Positions 46,517-51,331 of a stretch of DNA of 51,331 bases are shown one piece after another (the stretch's first letter is position 1; every line of letters starts with the position of its first letter). The position numbers and the translations under genes are program-made. The DNA lies in assembly GCA_963575745.1 (NCBI GenBank), contig CAUYUJ010000048.1, positions 620,001 through 671,331 on the forward strand. The letters run 5' to 3'. The stretch is from Prorocentrum cordatum (Eukaryota). Below the pieces are notes generated by a model. That model ran no database searches. It had not been told where the DNA came from and saw only the letters and a program-made list of their open reading frames with translations.

Positions 46517-49500
46517 TGAGGGCGTCTGCACGCGACCTTGCGTCTGCGCGCGACCCTGCGCGAAGCCGGTGTTGCTTGCGTCGCTCATGCGCTGTCTCGA
46601 GCGCACCCAGCCTCCAAGCAGATGGAGGAGAGAGGGGGCGGGATGCCTTTCTCGCTCGGGGCGGGCCCAGCCCCGAGCGACGAGGCCCCCGGGGGGGGGG
46701 GCAAGGAGAGGACGGCGGTGCCAGGCCCGAGCAGCCCGAGCCAGCGGCCTCGAGGAGGGGAGCGGAAGCAGCGGACGACGATCTTCGGTCCTGCCCAGGT
46801 CCCTGGGCGCCCAGCGGTCTGCGGAGGGCTCCTGCGCACGGAGACACCTGGAGGCCGACGAGCGAAGCCGGTTCGCAAGCGCACGGAGGGTATCGAGCAG
46901 GGCGGGGTTGTCGGGTAAAGGCCCAGGGCCGCTCTGCAAAGGCCCACTGAGGGTCGGGGCGGTTTTTCCTCATTTGCCTTGAGCAAGTCGGGCACGTCCC
47001 TGTACGTTCTGGGTACGATTTGGGGACTCTTTCTGTGTATCGTTGCTTCTTTTTGGACTATCTTTTATTTGTCGTCCAAAATCCGCCTGTAGGGGGACAA
47101 GCTCGACCGAACACTATGAGGGTCGGGGTGGTTTTGACTCACTTGACTCGATCCTCCTAATCCTCCCAGGAGGGATGAGCTGGACACGGAACAGTCTGGG
47201 GGCAAGAGGAGAGGTTTGGACGGGGCCAGGAGGAGGATAATTCCGCTCCCGAGCGCTCCGGACCGCTCTGACAAGGCCGCGGAGCCCGAGACATTTTCCA
47301 GAGCCGCTGGATTCCAGAGATTGGCGATTTATCCTCACCCGATGTTATCCTCCTCGTGGCTTCGTGTCAGAGGGACGTCGTACGCGCCCAGGTGGGGCTG
47401 CCGGCACCAGCGGCTCCAGCGAGGCTGCAGCCCCGGCGCCCGCGCCGCAGCCAGAGGGGCCGGGACCGTCGGCGGTCCCTGCAACCCGCCTGGGCAGCAT
47501 GCCCGTGGCAGAGGACCCATCGGCGGCGGCGGCGATGCCAACCAGACCACGCCCTAACCCTACACCAAGCACCCGAACCCCAAACGCCCTAAGCAGACAC
47601 CCGACACCCTTGCCCTCACCCCCGAACCCCGACACCTCAGACCTCACACCCAAATCCTAACCCTCTAACCCTAACACCCCAAGCCTAAGTTAACCATAAC
47701 ACCCTGACACTAACTCCCGAACCCGAACACCGTATCTCAACAGTGACACCCTAATCCTAGTACCCCCACGCCCTAGCAATGGCCCGGATTCTAACACAAC
47801 AAACTACAATTATAATTCCATGATGTTCTCAGATTCTAGAGCTGCTGCACCAGAAAACTCTAAGACCATAACCCCATGGGACCCGAATGCCCCGAATCCC
47901 CAAACGTGTATAACAATATAGCCGTATTGCAATACATCCCCATTGCAGTAAATATACCATACCTAAAATCCTATAAGCGCAATGTCCTCGTTCATTAACA
48001 CCCCGAGACACTAAAGCCACAAAATCATAGGACCCCAAGCTCCTAAGGTCAGAATGCCTTAGGACGATCCCGCCCGCAGTTGAATCAAATCCAGGAAAAC
48101 GCAACACGCATCAGACCCCAAGGTTCTGAGCTCGCCCCAGGCGGCCATGACCAGGCAACCTCTTCGGCGACGGCTCTGAGCCTACGTGAAGCTCAGCGGA
48201 TGGCTCAGACGAAATTGCACGAACCACCGACCAAAAACGAAAACGTTCACAATGTGTTCATGCGTTCAACGAGAAATCTTCGGCCGGCCGCCCAGGAGCC
48301 TGGCGCGGAGGAGCCTGGCGAGCTCAGCTTCGAGGACATGGCTTGGGAGCCGCTGCCCCAGGACCACCACTTCGTGCATTCGCCGCCGCACCCGGCGGGG
48401 CCCTCGTGCCGGCAGTTCATGAGGCCCACCTCGGGCGGGGAACAGTTCGCCACAGATGGTGCCGTTCGAGCTTCGAATCTTCGGGCGTTCGCGTCGGCTC
48501 TCGACGGTCTTCCAGCACTGGGACGCTCTCCGGCGGCTGCGTCTCGCCAGCGGCGTTTTGGGGGTGCCCGGTTGATCCCGACCGGCCGTGGGAGGGCCAA
48601 GGAATGGCGCGAAAACCAGCGCAGGCCTAAGGGGACCAGGAAATCTCCTCCTCCTCCTCCTCCTCCTCCTCCTCCTCCTCCTCCTCCTCCTGCTCCTCCT
48701 ACCCTCCCCTCTCCTCCTCCCACCTCCTTCCTCCTCCTCTCCTCCTCCTCCTCCTCCTCCTCCTCCTCCTCCTCCTCCTCCTCCTCCTCCTCCTCCTCCT
48801 CCTCCTCCTCCTCCTCCTCCTCCTCCTCCTCCTCCTCCTCCTCCTCTCTCCTCCCTCCTCCCTCCTCCCTCCCTCCTCCTCCCTCCTCCCTCCTCCCTCC
48901 TCCCTCCTCCTCCTCCTCCTCCTCCACCTCCTCCTCCCTCCTCCTCCTCCTCCTCCTCTCCTCCTGGTCCTCCTCCTCCTCCTCCCTCCTCCTCCTGGTC
49001 CTCCCTGGTTCTCCTCCTCCCCCTCCCACTCCTCCTCCTCCTCCTCCTCCTCCTCCTCCTCCTCCTCCTCCTCCTCCTCCTCCTCCTCCTCCTCCCTCCT
49101 CCCTCCCCTCCCTCCCCTCCTCCTCCCACCTCTTTCTCCTCCTCCCCCCTCCTCCTCCTCCCTCCTCCTCCCTCCCCCCTCCTCCTCCTCCTCCCCCTCC
49201 CCTTCCTCCTCCTCCTCCTCCTCCTCCTCCTCCTCCTCCTCCTCCATCCTCCTCCTCCTCCTCCTCCTCAGGTCCTCCGTCTCCTCCTCCTCCCTCCTCC
49301 TCTCCTCCTCCTCCTCCTCCTCCCTCCTCCTACCCTCCTTCCTCCTCCTCCCACCTCCTTCCTCCTCCTCCGTCCTCCTACCTCCTCCCTCCTCCTCCTC
49401 ATCCTCATCCTCCTCCTTCTCCTCCTCCTCCTCCTCCTCCTCCTCCTCCTCCTCATCATCATCATCATCCTCCTCCTAGTCCTCCTCCCAGTGGCCTCTC

Positions 49501-51279
49501 GTCGCCACGGCCAGCTCAGCCGCGCAAATCTCGCGAGGGTCGGCCCCGCAGGGGCGCGGGCTCGGATGCCTGAGGCGAGCGGGCCCCAAGGGAGACTGAT
49601 CCCGAAGGCCGTGGGCCGCTCCCGCTCTCCAGGGGCCCTCCCTGGGCCCTTGGCCTTCCCCATAATACCAGGAGGGGAAAGAACACACAGACACAATGAA
49701 TCGCCGATATCCCAAGAAAATACGGGAAACTATGGGAAGTGGGGGGGAAGACAAACATCCAAAACATACTGAAAAATATGGGTCGACTGGCGGCGACCCC
49801 GCCGCCAGCGTTCAACGTTGATCGCCGCCAGCGACCCTGAATCGGTCGATGTTGAACGATCGGACGTTTCGGAAAGGGCCGATCGTTCAAGGTTGAACGA
49901 TCCGCGCTGTGTCAGGAACCAACGCCAGGGTCGACACACGACACGGACCTGCCGTAGGCAGCCCGAGGCGTTTTCTGATGGTCCCCTGGCAGGGCCCGCT
50001 TCCCTCGAGACCCGTCCAGCTTCCTGCCACAGCAGGCCCACATCCCCAGCATCGCAGTCCGGACTCCTCGGCCGCGAACCCTTGGGCGCAGGGCGATTTT
50101 GCGCGGAGGTCCCGTGCGGGCTTTATCCGTGGAATCGCGTACCCATCGATATGGGTGTGTATGTTTGTCGCTCGTTATGATGTGTATGTTTGGCCCCCGT
50201 AACTACGGGCCCGGAACGGCTGGCGTCAGCGTGGATCGGCGGTTTGGTCTGGGCCCCGAGTTGACATGGGGCCCAGCGCTGGTAGCGCGTCTGTTCTGCA
50301 ACCCAGCATCCGAGACGAGTTCAGGTATGGGCACGTGGTGCTAAGACTCGAATCGATATGAAGAAAGTTGCTTGATTGCGGTTTGCGCGAAGTGGGGGCT
50401 GGGACTGAGTGAAGAGCGCATTAGAAACGCAGTACTCAGCACTACGGCTCGTAGAACCACAGTTTCGCAGATTCCGAAGGCGCGTGCAGCGCGAGTGGGA
50501 GATCCTGCGAAGAGGCTTGCCTCGCAGCATCTGGGTGCACGTGTACCCGGACCGCACGGAGTTGTTGCGAGCTTGTCTGATTGGTCCCGAAGGCATTGCT
50601 CAGGGGAGGAAGGCTGGCCCCCCCCACACACTACAGTCGGGGCAGTCGGGGCCCTGAAGAAGGAACCCGTTTCGTTGGGGAGGGGCTCCGCGTTCCTTAA
50701 GTGTTTCACAGCTTGCCTCAGGCTTTCCTTATGTTTCCGACCGGAAATCGAAGGTTAACTTATGGAACAAAGGGGCCTCGTTCCTTATTTAGGGTTCCTT
50801 AGGTCAACGCCCCGACTGTCATGCGGAAGCCGTACCGAGCCCCTCCACCTGGTGACAGGCTCGGTACGGTCTCTGTGGTGGGATTTAACTGCGGTGTGGC
50901 CATGCCTCCTCTCCGAGGCACTCCATACTCCGACGCGCTGTTTTTCTTCGACGTCCACTTGCCCGCGGCCTACCCGCAGGTTCCACCACAGGTGAAGTTC
51001 TGGTCTTTCGGCGAGAACCTAAACCCGAATCTCTACGAGAATGGCAAGGTGTGCCTCAGCCTCCTCGGCACGTGGACAGGCAGGGACTCGGAAACGTGGA
51101 GCCCCGAGAGGAGCAACCTCCTGCAGGTCTTGGTCTCCATCTTGGGCTTGGTGTTGAACACGGAGCCGTACTACAACGAGCCCGGCTTCGAGCGCGAGCG
51201 CGACACTCCGCAGGGCGACCTCCGCTCGCAGCGCTACAACGAGTCCGTGGCGCTGTCGAGCTACCACCTCATGTTATCG
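46517..51279 (+). CDS. E2 ubiquitin-conjugating enzyme, UBE2O/UBE2Z/plant UBC23-24-like, 3' partial; exons ?-46798, 47392-47513, 48296-48423, 50480-50592, 50918-51279
   Basis: The splice gives ...PQDHHFVHSPP...CRQFMR|RVQREWEILRRGLPRSIWVHVYPDRTELLRACLIGPEG|TPYSDALFFFDVHLPAAYPQVPPQVKFWSFGENLNPNLYENGKVCLSLLGTWTG...NLLQVLVSILGLVLNTEPYYNEPGFE. This is a UBCc domain with catalytic Cys (TGC 51052-51054) in the NPNLYENGKVCLSLL motif typical of this subfamily. The start codon is uncertain (46517, or 46622 if the G homopolymer at ~46691 is miscalled). Confidence 0.88.
46983..47111 (+). mobile_element. MITE family A copy (short) in an E2 intron
   Basis: AAGTCGGGCACGTCCC ... TCGTCCAAAATCCGCCTGTAGGGGGACA. 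Confidence 0.78.
47392..47513 (+). CDS. E2 gene, low-complexity N-terminal exon
   Basis: GAAGTSGSSEAAAPAPAPQPEGPGPSAVPATRLGSMPVAE; phase 1 in and phase 0 out, consistent with the flanking exons; GA donor. Confidence 0.6.
47550..48070 (+). repeat. Degenerate telomere-like (CCCTAA/CCCTAAA) interstitial tract followed by degenerate ~8-mer repeats
   Basis: CCCTAACCCTAC, CCTAACCCTCTAACCCTAAC, CCCGAAC variants. Confidence 0.55.
48296..48423 (+). CDS. E2 gene exon with the DHHF motif preceding the UBC core
   Basis: EPGAEEPGELSFEDMAWEPLPQDHHFVHSPPHPAGPSCRQFM+AG; GC donor at 48424. Confidence 0.8.
48644..49480 (+). repeat. (CCT)n microsatellite. Other CCT tracts: 2305-2447, 3770-3908, 7053-7085, 12235-12600, 35760-35965, 41345-41492, 45095-45430. 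(GAG)n tracts: 8322-8510, 11861-12010, 24950-25050, 43307-43470, 51285-end
   Basis: Direct reading of the sequence. Confidence 0.97.
50480..50592 (+). CDS. E2 gene exon, UBC helix 1 and strands
   Basis: RVQREWEILRRGLPRSIWVHVYPDRTELLRACLIGPE+G; GC donor at 50593. Confidence 0.9.
50918..51279 (+). CDS. E2 gene exon with catalytic cysteine
   Basis: GTPYSDALFFFD...NPNLYENGKVCLSLLGTW...EPYYNEPGFE...YNESVALSSYHLMLS; probable GT donor at 51280 followed by a GAG tract. Confidence 0.92.
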
Positions 51280-51331
51280 GTCCGGAGGGAGGAGGAGGAG
51301 GGAGGAGGGAGGAGGGAGGAGGGAGGAGAGA

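Noticed and set aside
47550..47780. True telomere
   Set aside because: Highly degenerate and located within an E2 intron; interstitial only.
48080..49772. Long poly-Pro/Ser/Leu/Glu/Arg ORFs (also 1386-2744, 3470-4609, 8096-9394, 11965-12795, 13323-14231, 15747-16604, 21356-22441)
   Set aside because: They are translations of stop-free (CCT)n/(CAT)n microsatellites. Only small embedded exons (e.g. 48296-48423) look real.

Overview
GC-rich eukaryotic genomic DNA with dinoflagellate hallmarks: short exons, kb-scale introns, GC/GA/GT donors, AG|G acceptors without polypyrimidine tracts, and all host genes on one strand. It resembles Prorocentrum, but the organism call is inference. Three spliced + strand genes can be rebuilt by eye: (1) a low-confidence TM/coiled-coil protein (~1.6-13.7 kb); (2) a complete 4-exon Sec61 beta gene (23892-30338); (3) a UBE2O/UBE2Z-class E2 ubiquitin-conjugating enzyme (~46.5 kb to beyond the window end). 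Two decayed retrotransposons lie between the genes. One is DIRS-like (+ strand; RT, RNase H, then probable tyrosine-recombinase and methyltransferase-like remnants). The other is a LINE (- strand) with the order RNase H - APE - RT. The rest is a dense mosaic of short TIR elements (5-, 8- and 9-bp TSDs), minisatellites and (CCT)n/(CAT)n/(TATG)n microsatellites. Two observations stand out. First, 13 copies of one 8-bp-TSD MITE, and most other short repeat families, point the same way as the genes. Second, many intron 3' ends carry degenerate copies ('echoes') of the upstream exon end. Most long ORFs in the supplied track are artefacts of repeats and high GC. All analysis was by eye.
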